In this document: piece after piece, positions 26,478 through 27,783 of the stretch
How positions within the stretch are numbered: position 1 is the stretch's first letter
Layout: each line of letters begins with the position of its first letter
From: Sandaracinaceae bacterium
GTDB lineage: Bacteria > Myxococcota_A > Polyangia > Polyangiales > Sandaracinaceae
NCBI GenBank assembly: GCA_044220955.1
Contig: JBGAQA010000088.1
Span: 1-27,783, forward strand
Direction of reading: 5' to 3'
Length of the DNA stretch: 27,783 nt
Program-made: the position numbers and the translations under genes
Notes under the pieces: model-generated
What the model was told of the DNA's origin: nothing
The model's input: only the letters and a program-made list of their open reading frames with translations
The model's database searches: none

Positions 26478-26506
26478 ACCCGGCTCGCACGAGCCGGGTT
26501 CTTCTT
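26478..26506 (+). terminator. Rho-independent terminator
   Basis: ACCCGGCTC-gcac-GAGCCGGGT followed by TCTTCTT. Confidence 0.8.
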
Positions 26507-26638
26507 GCCAGCCGCGCTCTGGTTCGGGTCGAACTCACGCTGACGGAGCGGACCGGCGAACGAGGGCCGCAAGCCCGTAGCCACGCTTGACAGGCAGCGG
26601 GACATTGTGGATCTGATCGCCACTCGGGGGAGCGTGTC

Positions 26639-27783
26639 ATGCTCGAACAAACGAGACTCGTGCGCCAGGTCGTTCGTCCGCCCGCACGTCGCTCGGCGAT
26701 CATACTCGCCGCGCTGACCCTCACCGGCTGCCCGCTCCCGGGGCCGTCCGGCGAGACCGGACCGGAGGAGAGCGTCGGCAACGGCCTGGAGACGGCTGCC
26801 ACGTATTCACCCGCGTCGAGCGCCGGCCCATCCACCCTGGTAGCCGCGTTCAACACTCGACGCGACCCAGGCCACTTTGGCGCGTCTTGGTCGGATGACG
26901 GCACAACGTGGACAGAGTGCACGCGCGCGACGTGCAATGGGGGCGCCCCCATCGTTCCGGCACCCGAGATGGCGACGGCGCCGTCGAATCACGCGCTTGG
27001 CATGTTCCGCGGCGATCCCGCCGTAGCGGCCGCGGATCACGATGGCATCGTCCTCGCGGCGAACCTGGCCGACGCCCCCGGTCGGGAGTTCGGGCTCGTC
27101 GTCGTTGCCGTTTCGCGAGACGGCGGGCGAAGTTGGCCGTCTGCCGTCACGGTGAATCCACCCGGCAGTGGTGCCGACTGCGATCTCAACGTCCAGGACC
27201 AGGACGATCTCAGCTACGATCCCACGTCTGACACGTTCTGGGTCTCTTGGCGGCACGGTACATTGCTCGACCCTCAGGGCGTCGCTGGCCCGTGCGGTGA
27301 GCCTGGCGGATACTGCTTTGACCTGTGCGTGCGCGGAATGCGGATAGTGCCTCGACCGGCCGGGGCCTTTGATGTCAACTGGGTGACTCCATCCATGCGC
27401 GTAGGCCTCGACTTCCAGACCGCACAAGAAGGGGTGGGCGGCGTGCGCGCGAGACACCGCGACGGTGTGCTCACCGTCGTCTACTCGGGTAGCCAACTCA
27501 TCCAGTACGAAGGATGCCCGGGCGGCCTGCAGATGCGCTGGTTGGCGAGCAGCCTTCCGGACGGCGGAACGTGGAGCTCGGGCCACCTCATTCACCAGAC
27601 CGTCGACTATTCGTGGTGCTGGGCGAACGAAACCATGGTTCATGCCTATCGCAACTTTGATTTTGACGATGACCCCTTTGGAAACTACTGGGTGAGCCTC
27701 GACGATTCGACGGGCCCGCGCGTGTTTCGCGGCAGCGAGTTCGATCTGAGCACGACGTGGCGACAGGATCTGGATCTTTCGAC
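26639..27783 (+). CDS. 3'-partial lipoprotein with BNR/Asp-box repeats (sialidase-like beta-propeller)
   Basis: Translated by hand; absent from the ORF track because it has no stop. GGGGGAG RBS (26626-26632), then MLEQTRLVRQVVRPPARRSAIILAALTLTGC with lipobox LTGC. Asp-boxes WSDDGTTW, VSRDGGRSW, PDGGTW. Open to the window end. Confidence 0.85.
   Translation, partial: MLEQTRLVRQVVRPPARRSAIILAALTLTGCPLPGPSGETGPEESVGNGLETAATYSPASSAGPSTLVAAFNTRRDPGHFGASWSDDGTTWTECTRATCNGGAPIVPAPEMATAPSNHALGMFRGDPAVAAADHDGIVLAANLADAPGREFGLVVVAVSRDGGRSWPSAVTVNPPGSGADCDLNVQDQDDLSYDPTSDTFWVSWRHGTLLDPQGVAGPCGEPGGYCFDLCVRGMRIVPRPAGAFDVNWVTPSMRVGLDFQTAQEGVGGVRARHRDGVLTVVYSGSQLIQYEGCPGGLQMRWLASSLPDGGTWSSGHLIHQTVDYSWCWANETMVHAYRNFDFDDDPFGNYWVSLDDSTGPRVFRGSEFDLSTTWRQDLDLS

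Noticed and set aside
26807..27695. Track ORFs 26807..27643 (-), 26908..27231 (+) and 27465..27695 (+)
   Set aside because: Shadows of the lipoprotein frame that starts at 26639.

Overview
Very GC-rich bacterial window. The gene set (Ser/Thr kinase, VIT/VWA and PQQ-propeller lipoprotein, FG-GAP protein, MopE-type motif) suggests a myxobacterium; this is inference. Bases 1-23531 are chromosomal backbone: FNR-type oxidoreductase, yicC, a divergent AGCS-like symporter, a chimeric FG-GAP gene, DUF4253, a PQQ-VIT-VWA lipoprotein, dprA, a kinase, birA, ilvE, a membrane sulfatase-fold protein, a small basic-tailed protein, an arsenic operon, a short catalase-like protein and glmM. After the glmM stop the DNA is less GC-rich. 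It holds a complete IS66 element (23797-26405) with no target duplication, flanked by two gene stumps, then a BNR/Asp-box lipoprotein that runs off the end and is missing from the ORF track. Best candidate for an undescribed system: a translationally coupled, probably leaderless operon arsR-aqpS-arsC-arsM that ends in a Cys-tailed SigZ/CorE-like ECF sigma factor. Beside it is a small gene with tandem TTGACGC-N3-GCGTCAA boxes upstream and a GGA-rich structured 3' UTR. Most long ORFs in the track are antisense or off-frame shadows. All family calls come from motif recognition by eye; no searches were run.
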